Numbered from the stretch's first letter, positions 1-8,350 are shown. The stretch: 32,000 nucleotides of DNA from Haloferax volcanii DS2 (GCF_000025685.1 NC_013967.1:510001-542000), one strand, 5' to 3'. Program-made: numbers and translations. The notes: generated from the sequence alone by a model not told the origin.

Positions 1-1
1 C

Positions 2-550
2 GGCGACGTGGCCTACTCCATCGCCGCGCCGAAATCGGAGCTCCCGGGCGACCTCATGGACTGCTATCACCTGCTGTGCGAGCCGATTCTGGACGCGATT
101 CGCGCGGTCGGCGTGGACGTGAACTTCGTCGACGACGACGTGCCCGTCATCTGGCACCCCGCGTGCTATCTGCGGGCGCTCCACCCCGCCCACGATATGG
201 TCGCCGCGGGCCGGAAAGTCGCGGGCAACGCCCAGTACCGCCGCCGCGACGCCGTCGTCCAACACGGCTCGCTCACCTACTCGGTCGACGCCGAGACCCA
301 CCTCGGCGTGTTCGAGGGCCACGACGTGACGCCCGAGGCGTTCCGCGAGCGCGTCGTCGGCATCGACGAACTCGCGGACGCCTCCCGCGAGGCGTTCGTC
401 GCGGCGCTGACCGAGTCGCTCTCGGAGTTCGTCGACGCCGAGGAGGGCGCGTGGACCGACGACGAACTCGACCGCGCGCGCGAGAAAGTCGACGAGAAGT
501 ACCGCGCCGACGACTGGGTGCGCCGCCGGCCGGGGTCGCGGTCCGACTGA
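2..550 (+). CDS. Biotin/lipoate A/B protein ligase family protein (lipoate-protein ligase-like), C-terminal part; 5' end cut by window edge
   Basis: The reading frame of track ORF 8..550 stays open to the window start, so the N-terminus is missing. It contains AAGRKVAGNAQYRRRDAVVQHGSLTY, the lysine-containing core typical of LplA/LipB-type ligase catalytic domains. Acidic product with GC-rich third positions. Confidence 0.7.
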   Translation, partial: GDVAYSIAAPKSELPGDLMDCYHLLCEPILDAIRAVGVDVNFVDDDVPVIWHPACYLRALHPAHDMVAAGRKVAGNAQYRRRDAVVQHGSLTYSVDAETHLGVFEGHDVTPEAFRERVVGIDELADASREAFVAALTESLSEFVDAEEGAWTDDELDRAREKVDEKYRADDWVRRRPGSRSD

Positions 551-604
551 GCGGCCGCCGACAACTCCGAAGTCCCTTTGTTCGGGTACGCCGTCGGACT
601 CTGC

Positions 605-1480
605 ATGCAAGTCGGCGCACACGTCTCGATGTCCAGTTCGAAGGTCTCGTCCGACGACGAGACGCCACCGCACGGTAACGTCGCCAACGCCGTCTTCCGG
701 CAGGTCGCCTTCGGCGGCAACTGCGGGCAGATTTTCACCACCTCGCCGCAGGTGTGGCGCGACCCCGACATCTCCGACGAGGAGGCCGAACTGTTCCGCG
801 AGCAGACCGCCGACAAACTGTCGGGGCCGTGGGTCATCCACTCGTCGTACCTCGTCAACCTCTGTACGCCCAAAGACGGCCTCCGGCAGAAGTCGCTGGA
901 CTCGATGCAGACGGAGGTCGACATGGCCGACAAACTCGGCATCGAGTACGTGAACGTCCACCTCGGCGCGCACACCGGCGCGGGCGAACAGCAGGGCCTC
1001 GACAACGCCGTCTCCGTCCTCGACGACCTCGACATCCCCGACGGCGTCACCGTCCTCATCGAGTCTGACGCGGGGTCGGGCACGAAGATGGGCGACGACC
1101 TCGCCCACCTCGGCTACGTCCTCGAAGAGTCCGACCAGGACCTCGACGTCTGTCTCGACACCGCCCACGCGTTCGCCGCGGGCTACGACCTCTCGACGGC
1201 CGAAGGCGTCGACGAGACGTTCGCGGAACTCGACGCCGAGGTCGGCTTAGAGCACCTCAAGTGCGTCCACCTCAACGACTCGAAACACGAGTGCGGGACG
1301 AACAAGGACGAACACGCCCTCATCGGAGAGGGCCTCATCGGCGAGGAGGGCATGCGCGCGTTCATCAACCACGACGCCATCGTCGACGACGACGTGCCGC
1401 TCGTCTTGGAGACGCCCACCGAGGACGGCAAGGGCTTCGCGTGGAACATCGAGCGGGTGCGCGAACTCCGCGCCGACTGA
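605..1480 (+). CDS. nfo: Deoxyribonuclease IV (endonuclease IV, AP endonuclease family 2)
   Basis: Track ORF 578..1480. The in-frame ATG at 605 gives MQVGAHVS, the usual endonuclease IV N-terminus. Conserved contexts [36 protein letters not shown] and LETP are all present. Confidence 0.9.
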   Translation: MQVGAHVSMSSSKVSSDDETPPHGNVANAVFRQVAFGGNCGQIFTTSPQVWRDPDISDEEAELFREQTADKLSGPWVIHSSYLVNLCTPKDGLRQKSLDSMQTEVDMADKLGIEYVNVHLGAHTGAGEQQGLDNAVSVLDDLDIPDGVTVLIESDAGSGTKMGDDLAHLGYVLEESDQDLDVCLDTAHAFAAGYDLSTAEGVDETFAELDAEVGLEHLKCVHLNDSKHECGTNKDEHALIGEGLIGEEGMRAFINHDAIVDDDVPLVLETPTEDGKGFAWNIERVRELRAD

Positions 1481-1531
1481 GGGTGAGCCGAGGCGGAGGG
1501 CCGCTGAGCCCCGCATCGACCGTTTCGACTG

Positions 1532-1537
1532 TTTTTT
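1532..1537 (+). terminator. Oligo-T tract (T6) about 50 nt downstream of the nfo stop
   Basis: GACTGTTTTTTGGG. Archaeal termination typically occurs at oligo-T runs, and this is the only such run in the 80-nt spacer. Confidence 0.4.
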
Positions 1538-1561
1538 GGGTCGCCGCGCCCGACTCCGCGT

Positions 1562-2362
1562 GTGCGACGTTTCTCCGAATCGTACCTCCGGCGGACGCGA
1601 GACGGTATGTGGGACGACTCCCGCGCGGCCCTCGGGGACCTCGACCTCGGCGGGCGGACCCGCATCCTCGACGTGGGCTGCGGGACCGGCGAGTTCACGC
1701 GCGTCCTCGCGGAGGCCTCGGAGGCCCGCGTCGTCGGCGTCGATGCCGACACTGACTTGCTTTCTGTCGCCAGCGACCGCGACAGCGATATCGAGACGGT
1801 CGCCGGCGACGCGACCCGGCTTCCCTTCGCCGCAGGCAGCTTCGATTTGGTCGTCTGTCAGGCGCTCCTCGTGAACCTCCCCGACCCGACAGCGGCCCTC
1901 TCGGAGTTCGCCCGCGTTTCGTCGGACCTCGTGGCGACGGTCGAACCCGACAACGCCGCCGTCGGCGTCGACTCGACCGTCGAATCCGAGGCCGCGCTCG
2001 ACCGCCGCGTCAGAGACGCCTTCCGCGACGGCGTGGCGACCGACGTGGCGCTCGGCGACCGCGTCCGCGGGCTGTTCGACGACGCCGGCCTGTCGGTCGT
2101 GGGGACTCGCCGGTACCACCACCGCAAGCTGACCGAGCCGCCGTACGACGACCACGACGTTCGGAGCGCGGCGAAGAAGGCGACCGGCGAGGGGTTGGAC
2201 CGCCACGAGGCCGACCTCCGTCGGGGACTCGACGACGACTCCTACGAGTCCGTCCGCCGCGAGTGGCGCGAGATGGGCCGCGAGGTCGTCCAGCAGATTC
2301 GAGACGGCGAGTACCGTCGGGCCGAGGTCGTCCCGTTCGACGTGACGACGGGGCGAGTGTAG
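1562..2362 (+). CDS. Class I SAM-dependent methyltransferase
   Basis: Motif I RILDVGCGTGEFTRVLAE, acidic loop VVGVDAD, and FDLVVCQALL. Start uncertain: GTG 1562 versus ATG 1607 (MWDDSR...). Confidence 0.8.
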   Translation: MRRFSESYLRRTRDGMWDDSRAALGDLDLGGRTRILDVGCGTGEFTRVLAEASEARVVGVDADTDLLSVASDRDSDIETVAGDATRLPFAAGSFDLVVCQALLVNLPDPTAALSEFARVSSDLVATVEPDNAAVGVDSTVESEAALDRRVRDAFRDGVATDVALGDRVRGLFDDAGLSVVGTRRYHHRKLTEPPYDDHDVRSAAKKATGEGLDRHEADLRRGLDDDSYESVRREWREMGREVVQQIRDGEYRRAEVVPFDVTTGRV

Positions 2363-2407
2363 TCGGGCCTGTTCGACGGGCCGAACCGATGGCCGAGTCG
2401 CCGGCCG

Positions 2408-2412
2408 AAAAA
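2408..2412 (-). terminator. T5 tract (A5 on + strand) about 15 nt downstream of the stop of the minus-strand reductase gene
   Basis: The + strand reads GCCGAAAAACGAG, so the minus strand reads CTCGTTTTTCGGC. Confidence 0.35.
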
Positions 2413-2425
2413 CGAGACTGTCTGC

Positions 2426-3064
2426 TCAGTAGCCGACCGCGAGCTGTTCGTGGACGGCGTCACCGCTCTCCAGTTCGTCCGCGAAGGCGATTGCGAAGTC
2501 CTCCATGGAGATGCGGCTCTCGCCGTCCTCGTCGGCGACGAGTTCGCCGCGCGCGGTTCGGAACTCGCCGGTGCGCTCGCCGGGTTCGATGAACGCCGCG
2601 GGCGCGACGTAGGTCCACTCCAGGTCGTCGGCGTCTTCGAGCAGGCCGTACGCCTCGATGGCGGCGCTGGCGACGGGCTTCCATTCCTCGGGGAACTCCG
2701 GCGAGTCGATGAGTCGCGTGTCGGGGCCGACGTTCAGGATGCCCGCGCCGCCGGTCCAGACGAGGCGGTCGACCGAGGCGCGGCGCATCCCGTCGACGAC
2801 GGCGTCGAGCATCTCGACGAGGACTTCGGGCGACTCGTCGTCGCTTGGCCCGAGCGCGGAGGCGACCGCGTCGTGGCCCGCGGCGAGTCGCGCGATTTGG
2901 TCTGCGTCGGTCGCGTCGCCGGCGACCGCCGAGAAGTCGGGGTCGTCGACGCCGTCGATTTCGCCGCTTCGGGAGACGCCGGTCACCGCGTGTCCGCGGT
3001 TCAGGAGTTCGTTGGCGATTCGCGTGCCGATTCGGCCGCTCGCACCGAGGAGGAGTACGTTCAT
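2426..3064 (-). CDS. NAD(P)H-binding NmrA-like / atypical SDR oxidoreductase
   Basis: The N-terminus MNVLLLGASGRIGTRIANELLNRGHAVTGVSR is a Rossmann GxxGxxG. Size 212 aa. Divergently paired with an HxlR regulator, a common arrangement for this family. Confidence 0.85.
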   Translation of the reverse strand: MNVLLLGASGRIGTRIANELLNRGHAVTGVSRSGEIDGVDDPDFSAVAGDATDADQIARLAAGHDAVASALGPSDDESPEVLVEMLDAVVDGMRRASVDRLVWTGGAGILNVGPDTRLIDSPEFPEEWKPVASAAIEAYGLLEDADDLEWTYVAPAAFIEPGERTGEFRTARGELVADEDGESRISMEDFAIAFADELESGDAVHEQLAVGY

Positions 3065-3072
3065 GATGAGAT

Positions 3073-3095
3073 GGTGTGGGTGTGGGTGTGGGTGT
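3073..3095. repeat. Hexamer microsatellite (GGTGTG) x ~3.8
   Basis: GGTGTG GGTGTG GGTGTG GGTGT read directly, beginning 9 nt upstream of the reductase ATG (3064, minus strand) inside the divergent promoter region. Confidence 0.9.
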
Positions 3096-3169
3096 TCGTG
3101 CGTCGTGTTCGTCGTCCGGTTCGCCGCGACGATGCGGTTACATCGTCATACTTGGTCAAGGAGAGTGAG

Positions 3170-3178
3170 TTTAATATA
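3170..3178 (+). promoter_or_regulatory. TATA-box-like element for the HxlR gene
   Basis: TTTAATATA lies 35-43 nt upstream of ATG 3213, in the only AT-rich patch of the spacer. Confidence 0.45.
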
Positions 3179-3212
3179 GTTAAGCGAACCTCGGTGTGAG
3201 TAGGTCACGTCG

Positions 3213-3560
3213 ATGTCACCGCACCAGAACCTCGAAGCGAAGTACGAACAGTGTCCGGTCATCAAGACGCTCGAAGAAATCGGCTCGCGGTGGCGGATGA
3301 CGGTCATCCACGTACTGCGCGAGGGCGACCTCCGGTTCAACGAACTCAAGCGCGCGACGGGCGCGAACTCCCAGACGCTCTCTCGCGTGCTGGACGACCT
3401 CCAAGAGTTGGGCTACGTCGAGCGGGAGGTCGAAGACGGCAGTCCCATCGCGGTGTACTACTCGCTCACGCAGAAAGGCGAGGAACTGCTCCCGGCGTTC
3501 GACGACATCTCCGAGTGGGGCGAAAAATGGATGTCCGAGGACGGCGGTGCGGAGTCGTAA
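3213..3560 (+). CDS. HxlR family winged-helix transcriptional regulator
   Basis: CPVIKTLEEIGSRWRMTVIHVLREGDLRFNELKRATGANSQTLSRVLDDLQELGYVER...YYSLTQKGEEL matches the HxlR/MarR-like DUF24 pattern along its full length. Confidence 0.9.
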   Translation: MSPHQNLEAKYEQCPVIKTLEEIGSRWRMTVIHVLREGDLRFNELKRATGANSQTLSRVLDDLQELGYVEREVEDGSPIAVYYSLTQKGEELLPAFDDISEWGEKWMSEDGGAES

Positions 3561-3577
3561 GCGGGCTCGGCCGGTAG

Positions 3578-3793
3578 TCAGCCGAGGAACAGGTCGACGA
3601 AGTTCCCGCTCGACTGACCGCGGTAGAGTTCGGAGTAGCCGCAGTTCGCACACGAGACGACGGTGAACTGCCGGTTCTGGATGTCGAACATCTTCGAGAG
3701 GCCGCCTCCCGTGGTTGCGATGGAGTCGATTTCGGTCTCGGAGTGGCCGCATTTCGGACAGCCGTCTCGGTCGGCGCTTGGTGGAGGGCTCAT
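3578..3793 (-). CDS. Small zinc-ribbon protein (two CxxC pairs), function unknown
   Basis: 71 aa with CPKCG...CANCG. Good GC3 bias. Belongs to the class of small CPxCG zinc-finger proteins abundant in haloarchaea. The precise family (DUF2082-like) is from memory only. Confidence 0.75.
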   Translation of the reverse strand: MSPPPSADRDGCPKCGHSETEIDSIATTGGGLSKMFDIQNRQFTVVSCANCGYSELYRGQSSGNFVDLFLG

Positions 3794-3868
3794 GTTGAAC
3801 CGTTGAACTACCCCGGTGAAAAATGTACCTCAGAAACCACTTCCTTTCTCGCGTTCGCGAGTACGCAC

Positions 3869-4150
3869 ATGTCCGTCGGTGGTCTCGTGTTCTTCCTCTT
3901 CGCCCTCCTCAGTATCGGTGCCGCAGTCGCCCTCTACGCCGGGATTCAAGCCGAGACGCGCGACCCGCCGACGATGAGTCGCGAGGAGGCGGAGCGTCGC
4001 GCCCGCGACGAGGGGCGGCGCTACAACGAACAACGCGGCCGAGGGACCGACCGACGCCCGAGCGGAGGCGGCCGCGGCGACGAGTTCGACCCCGACGCCG
4101 ACCGCACCGACGACCGCGGCCGCAACCGCGACGGCGACCGCGACTGGTAG
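3869..4150 (+). CDS. Small membrane protein with a highly charged R/D/G-rich tail, function unknown
   Basis: ATG 3869 chosen because the upstream part of track ORF 3743..4150 overlaps the divergent Zn-ribbon gene. One hydrophobic helix (GGLVFFLFALLSIGAAVALYAGI) is followed by a low-complexity tail (RGRGTDRRPSGGGRGDEFDPDADRTDDRGRNRDGDRDW). Confidence 0.55.
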   Translation: MSVGGLVFFLFALLSIGAAVALYAGIQAETRDPPTMSREEAERRARDEGRRYNEQRGRGTDRRPSGGGRGDEFDPDADRTDDRGRNRDGDRDW

Positions 4151-4210
4151 CCGGGCGGCTCTGACTCGGTTTCGACTTCGAGTCGTCGCGGCCTCGACTC
4201 GACTCCGGCC

Positions 4211-4855
4211 TCAGACCACGTCGCCGCGGACCGACGTGCCGGTCTGTTCGGCCCGATAGGCCCGCATCGCCTCGACTGCCGTCTCGGCATCGTCGTCCTC
4301 CAGTCCGAGCATCTCCAGCGCGCCCGAGAGCGTCGGGAAGGCGAACTCGCCGTTTCGGAGCTTCGACATCGCGTCCGACGAGCGCTGGCCGTCGGCGTAG
4401 AGACAGACGCCGCGGGGGTCGAGAATCTGCTCGTAGGCCTCGCGTTCGACCGCGCCTTTCAGCCGCTGGGTGACGTTGTCCTCGAAGGAGGCGTTGCACA
4501 CTTCGAGGTGGACCGGTTCTTCGTCGGGGAGCAGGTGGGCGGCGAGACACTTCTCGGGGGCCGCGTAGCCGTTCGCGTTGGCTCGCAGCAGGTCGGGGTG
4601 TTCGCGCGCCCACTCGGCGCGGACGCTCTTGCCGACGCCCTTCACGCCGTGGGACCGCTCGAACGATTCGGCCGCGTCGGGGTCGCCGCGGAGGAGGATG
4701 TCTTTCGTCACGTACACGTCGAGTCGGTCGAGGGGGTCGAGACCGAGCGCCACGTCGCCGTAGACCCACACCTCGCGGACCGGGACGGGGAGCGTCTCGG
4801 ACTCGACGGCGTCGACGACGGCGTCGACGCGGTCGAGGGCGGCGTCTCTGTCCAT
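4211..4855 (-). CDS. Conserved-looking acidic hypothetical protein (214 aa)
   Basis: Strong GC3 bias and normal halophilic composition. No family recognised. The N-terminal VWVYGDVALGLDPLDRLDVYV only weakly recalls the G[SD]...D.D segment of minimal nucleotidyltransferases. Confidence 0.7.
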   Translation of the reverse strand: MDRDAALDRVDAVVDAVESETLPVPVREVWVYGDVALGLDPLDRLDVYVTKDILLRGDPDAAESFERSHGVKGVGKSVRAEWAREHPDLLRANANGYAAPEKCLAAHLLPDEEPVHLEVCNASFEDNVTQRLKGAVEREAYEQILDPRGVCLYADGQRSSDAMSKLRNGEFAFPTLSGALEMLGLEDDDAETAVEAMRAYRAEQTGTSVRGDVV

Positions 4856-4890
4856 CGACTGTCCGTGGGGTTCGGAGGGTCAAACCGGTT

Positions 4891-4920
4891 GCGACCGAGC
4901 GTGACCGAGTGCGGTCGAGC
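4891..4920. repeat. Three tandem 10-bp repeats in the divergent promoter region
   Basis: GCGACCGAGC / GTGACCGAGT / GCGGTCGAGC read directly, lying between the 214-aa gene (start 4855, minus) and ncsA (start 4996, plus). Confidence 0.8.
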
Positions 4921-4995
4921 CGCCGGGCGCGCGAGCGACGCCGCGGTCGCCCCGAGGCGAAACCCGTATCCCTCCTGCCGGGCAACCGACCGGCA

Positions 4996-5961
4996 ATGGA
5001 GTGCGACAAGTGCGGCCGCGACGCGGTGATGCACGCGGCCTACTCCGGGGCCCACCTCTGCGACGACCACTTCTGCGCCTCGGTCGAGAAACGCGTGCGC
5101 CGCCGCATCCGCGAGGACAACATGCTCCCACGAGACGCCAGTCCCGAGAACCCACAGACGTGGGTTATCGGGCTGTCCGGCGGCAAAGACAGCGTCGTCC
5201 TCACACACATCCTCGACGACACGTTCGGGCGCGACCCGCGCATCGAACTCGTCGCCCTCACCATCCACGAGGGCATCGAGGGCTACCGCGACAAGTCCGT
5301 CGACGCCTGCGTCGAACTCGCGGAGGACCTCGACATCCACCACGAACTGGTCACTTACGAGGACGAGTTCGGCGTCCAGATGGACGACGTGGTCGAGAAG
5401 GACCCCGAGAACATGGCCGCCTGCGCCTACTGCGGGGTGTTCCGCCGCGACCTGCTCGAACGCTTCGCCGACGAGCTCGGCGCGGACAAACTGCTCACGG
5501 GGCACAACCTCGACGACGAGGCGCAGACGGCGCTCATGAACTTCTTCGAGGGCGACCTCAAGCAGGTCGCAAAGCATTTCGACGCCAGCATCGGCGACTT
5601 CGAGAAGCGACGCGACGCCGGCGAGTTCATCCCGCGGGCCAAGCCGCTGCGCGACGTGCCCGAAAAGGAAGTCGCGCTCTACGCCCACCTGAAGGACCTC
5701 CCGGCGCACATCACCGAGTGCCCCCACTCCTCGGAGGCCTACCGCGGCGAGATTCAGCAGTTGTTGTTGAAACTCGAAGAGAACCACCCCGGCACCCGAC
5801 ATTCCATCATGGCGGGCTACGAGGAGTTGGCCGAACTGACCGCCCGCGAGTACCGCGGCGAGGGTCGCGTCGACCTCAACGACTGCGAGCGCTGCGGGTC
5901 GAAAACCGCCGGCGACGTCTGTCGGAAGTGCCGACTCATCGAGTCGATAGAAGCGGTCTGA
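4996..5961 (+). CDS. ncsA: tRNA 2-thiolation PP-loop ATPase (Ncs6/Ctu1/TtuA family)
   Basis: ATG 4996 gives MECDKCGRDAV... It has an N-terminal Cys/His zinc finger (CDKCG...CDDHFC), the PP-loop GLSGGKDS, and a C-terminal zinc finger CERCGS...CRKC. The upstream part of track ORF 4909.. is Arg-rich filler. Confidence 0.9.
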   Translation: MECDKCGRDAVMHAAYSGAHLCDDHFCASVEKRVRRRIREDNMLPRDASPENPQTWVIGLSGGKDSVVLTHILDDTFGRDPRIELVALTIHEGIEGYRDKSVDACVELAEDLDIHHELVTYEDEFGVQMDDVVEKDPENMAACAYCGVFRRDLLERFADELGADKLLTGHNLDDEAQTALMNFFEGDLKQVAKHFDASIGDFEKRRDAGEFIPRAKPLRDVPEKEVALYAHLKDLPAHITECPHSSEAYRGEIQQLLLKLEENHPGTRHSIMAGYEELAELTAREYRGEGRVDLNDCERCGSKTAGDVCRKCRLIESIEAV

Positions 5962-6140
5962 GCGGCTACGGAACGATACGAAACTCGTTTTCTGACGCGT
6001 CTTACGGGTCAGACAGAACCGGGTGCGGTCGCGTCGACCGAATCGGCGGCGACGCTCGCGGTCGAAGAAATCCACGTCAGCGAAAAAGAACCCACGAAAC
6101 CCGACGGGCGCGGCGGCGTCCGCGCGGGTCGGACAGGGCG

Positions 6141-7343
6141 TTACCGGATGACGTCGAGACCGTTGTTCTTCTCGACTTCGTCGCGGCCGCCGTCGGACCA
6201 CGTGCCGCTCTGGGCCGTCTGGGCTCGCTCCGAGCTATCGAACTCCGAACCCGAGTGCTGCTGTTGTGACTCTCGGGACTGGATGCTCTGACGCGACTTG
6301 TCGGCCTGCTTCTGGGTTGAGGGGCCGAGCACCTGCGCGGACTGGACGCCCGTCATGATGGCCATGACGCGGACTTTCCCCTTGTACTCGTCCTGGATGC
6401 GAGCGCCCCAGATGACGTTCGCGGCGGCTTCCAGCCGTTCGGTGATGTTGCTCGCGATTCCCTCGGCCTCCTTCAGCGTGAGGTCGGGGCCGCCCGTGAT
6501 GTGGACGAGGCCACCGGACGCACCGCGGTAGTCCACGTCCAAAAGCGGGTGGTTCATCGCGTCGTTGACCACCTCTTGGGTCTTGTTTTTGTCTTGGGTC
6601 TCGCCGACGAGCATCACCGCGACGCCGCCCTGATTCATGATGGTCGACATGTCGGCGTAGTCGAGGTTGATGAGGGACGGCTGCGTGATGGTCTCCGAGA
6701 TGCCCTTGACGGTCTCGGCGATAATCTGGTCCATGACCGAGAACGCCTTGCCGATGGGCAGGTTCGGGACGTAATCGAGGAGGCGGTTGTTGTCCAGCAC
6801 GATGATGGAGTCGGCCTCGTTGCGGAGGTTTTCGAGTCCCTCCTCGGCCTTGACCGTGCGGGCGCGCTCGACGTTGAACGGGGTCGAGACCATGCCCACG
6901 ACGATTGCGCCCTGCTCCTTTGCGATCTTCGCGACGACGGGGGCCGCACCGGTCCCGGTGCCACCGCCCATCCCCGCGGTGACGAACACGAGGTCGGCGT
7001 CGCCGAGCACGTCTTTGATCGTGCCCTGTGCCATCTCGGTCGCGCGCTCACCCATCGACGGGTCACCACCGGCGCCGAGACCCTGCGTCAGGGACTTCCC
7101 GACGAGGATTTTCGTGTCCGCTTCGATCATCTTCAGGTGCTGCTTGTCGGTGTTGATGGCGACCGTGTCGGCCCCCTCGACACCGATGTTGTACAGGCGG
7201 TTGATGGTGTTGTTGCCAGCACCACCGGCACCGACGATGACGATTCGCGGGTCACCGAACTGGTCGTCGCTGTCTTCGAGCGACGACTGCGTCTGACGCT
7301 CGGCCTCGTCCCGTTCCATCGCCTCGCGAACGATATCCTGCAT
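6141..7343 (-). CDS. ftsZ2: Cell division GTPase FtsZ, paralog 2
   Basis: Tubulin/FtsZ signature [27 protein letters not shown], and T7-loop region [10 protein letters not shown]. It has an N-terminal acidic extension and a long Q/S-rich C-terminal linker ending GLDVIR. Tight linkage to an upstream RHH gene is the ftsZ2 arrangement. Confidence 0.95.
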   Translation of the reverse strand: MQDIVREAMERDEAERQTQSSLEDSDDQFGDPRIVIVGAGGAGNNTINRLYNIGVEGADTVAINTDKQHLKMIEADTKILVGKSLTQGLGAGGDPSMGERATEMAQGTIKDVLGDADLVFVTAGMGGGTGTGAAPVVAKIAKEQGAIVVGMVSTPFNVERARTVKAEEGLENLRNEADSIIVLDNNRLLDYVPNLPIGKAFSVMDQIIAETVKGISETITQPSLINLDYADMSTIMNQGGVAVMLVGETQDKNKTQEVVNDAMNHPLLDVDYRGASGGLVHITGGPDLTLKEAEGIASNITERLEAAANVIWGARIQDEYKGKVRVMAIMTGVQSAQVLGPSTQKQADKSRQSIQSRESQQQHSGSEFDSSERAQTAQSGTWSDGGRDEVEKNNGLDVIR

Positions 7344-7345
7344 AG

Positions 7346-7531
7346 TTACACCTTTGCCCAGCCGCGCTTGCTGGTAGATTCGCGCTGTCGCTTGTCGGTC
7401 ACCTGTTCATTGAGCATATCGCGAACGGCGGAACGGATGGCTTCGGATCGGTTCGGGAACTCTCCCGTCTCGACCATCCGCTCGACCTCCTCGATTTGCT
7501 GCTTCGGAATTCGTAGTGTCACACGCTCCAT
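7346..7531 (-). CDS. cdrS: Ribbon-helix-helix (CopG-like) cell-division regulator, short
   Basis: 61 aa with a beta strand VTLRIP and helices [10 protein letters not shown] / [13 protein letters not shown]. Its stop (7346-7348) lies 2 nt from the ftsZ2 ATG (7343), implying co-transcription. This matches the conserved cdrS-ftsZ2 unit reported for Halobacterium/Haloferax (from memory). Confidence 0.85.
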
Positions 7532-7546
7532 GTTTACATTCCCCCG

Positions 7547-7704
7547 GTAAGACGGCGCGCCGCACTCGTGTGCGAGTGTCTTACACCCGAAAACCGACGG
7601 ACGACGCCGGGATACGGGCCGCCGTCGGGTAGCTGTAAGACAACCGTCTTACGCGATAATCACCACAGAGGGATAGAATATAAATGTAACGGCGGTTGTA
7701 AGAC
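7547..7704. promoter_or_regulatory. Array of five GTAAGAC/GTCTTAC heptamers (two inverted pairs plus one single) upstream of cdrS
   Basis: GTAAGAC at 7547-7553, 7635-7641 and 7698-7704; GTCTTAC at 7578-7584 and 7646-7652. The stretch 7635-7652 is the palindrome GTAAGAC-AACC-GTCTTAC. The first pair encloses a second palindrome, CACTCG-TGTG-CGAGTG (7563-7578). An AT-rich TATA-like patch (AATATAAAT, ~7675-7685) lies within the array. Confidence 0.5.
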
Positions 7705-7743
7705 AGAGGCTGAATATCCCGTATAGGGGGCTTTAATCGCCGG

Positions 7744-8328
7744 TTATGCTTGTTCCAGAACGTCGGCCGCGGGCGTCCGACGGCCGCAGTCGGGGCAGAA
7801 CGCCCAGTCCGAGCGGAGTTCGTCGCCGCACTCGCAGAACACGCGGTGGGACGTCTTTTCACCGCAGTTCGGGCAGTAAACATGGTCTGGACCCACGGAT
7901 TCGCCACATTGGCCACAGGTCATGTCGGGGTCGTCCGCGTCGCCGGACTCCAGTTCGTCCCGTGTCTTACGAACCGTACTCGGGGTCGATTCGGTGTCGA
8001 CACCCGCGTTTACGCGAGATTCGCCGTTCGAACCATCGACGTTGATGTTGACGTTCAGGTCGGAGGGCGTCGGACGCTCGGACTCGCGGGCCGCCGCGGC
8101 TTCCTCGACGAGCGCCGGGAGCCGTTCGTCCAGTCGCTCGTCGACGAGTTCCTCGACCCGCGCGGAGAGCGCGCCGTCGAGACCGGCGGTGTCGTCCGCG
8201 CCGTCGTCACGTTCCAGTTCGTCGAGGTACTGGCGGAGGGCCTCGCGCATCACCTCGCTTTTCGAGGTGTCGAGGCGGTCCAAGCGCTCGACGAGGGCGT
8301 CGTCGGCGCGGAACGTGATTTTACTCAT
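7744..8328 (-). CDS. cdrL: RHH + double zinc-ribbon protein (cell-division regulator, long)
   Basis: ATG 8328 is preferred over track start 8385 because a TATA-like box sits 23-28 nt upstream. It has an N-terminal RHH (KITFRADDALVERLDRL...SEVMREALRQYL), an acidic linker, and a C-terminal CGQCG..CPNCG..CECG..CPDCG. Located directly upstream of cdrS-ftsZ2. Confidence 0.8.
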   Translation of the reverse strand: MSKITFRADDALVERLDRLDTSKSEVMREALRQYLDELERDDGADDTAGLDGALSARVEELVDERLDERLPALVEEAAAARESERPTPSDLNVNINVDGSNGESRVNAGVDTESTPSTVRKTRDELESGDADDPDMTCGQCGESVGPDHVYCPNCGEKTSHRVFCECGDELRSDWAFCPDCGRRTPAADVLEQA

Positions 8329-8350
8329 TACTCCGGGATTATCTCGGCGG

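Noticed and set aside
3063-3069. ATGATGA resembling a C box of a C/D-box sRNA.
   Set aside because: It is simply the reverse complement around the start codon of the reductase gene. No D box (CTGA) or C'/D' elements occur in the following ~90 nt.
3794-3808. GTTGAAC-C-GTTGAAC tandem next to the Zn-ribbon gene start, superficially like the GTTGAAAC core of the IclR-cluster motif.
   Set aside because: It differs in length from that motif, lies 20 kb from the cluster, and part of it is adjacent to the start codon context. Treated as coincidence.
3743-3868. N-terminal extension of the small membrane protein ORF (track start 3743).
   Set aside because: It overlaps the divergently transcribed Zn-ribbon gene and its promoter. 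The internal ATG 3869, directly preceding the hydrophobic helix, is the more plausible start.
4708-6201. 497-aa minus-strand ORF, and similar very long ORFs (3909..5009, 10033..11097, 10647..11420 portion, 11492..12169 portion, 14361..16622, 26622..27557 portion of 25848..27557).
   Set aside because: Their products are extremely Arg/Pro/Gly-rich or Ala/Ser-rich and lie antisense or out of frame to genes with clear family signatures. These are classic shadow ORFs of high-GC genomes.
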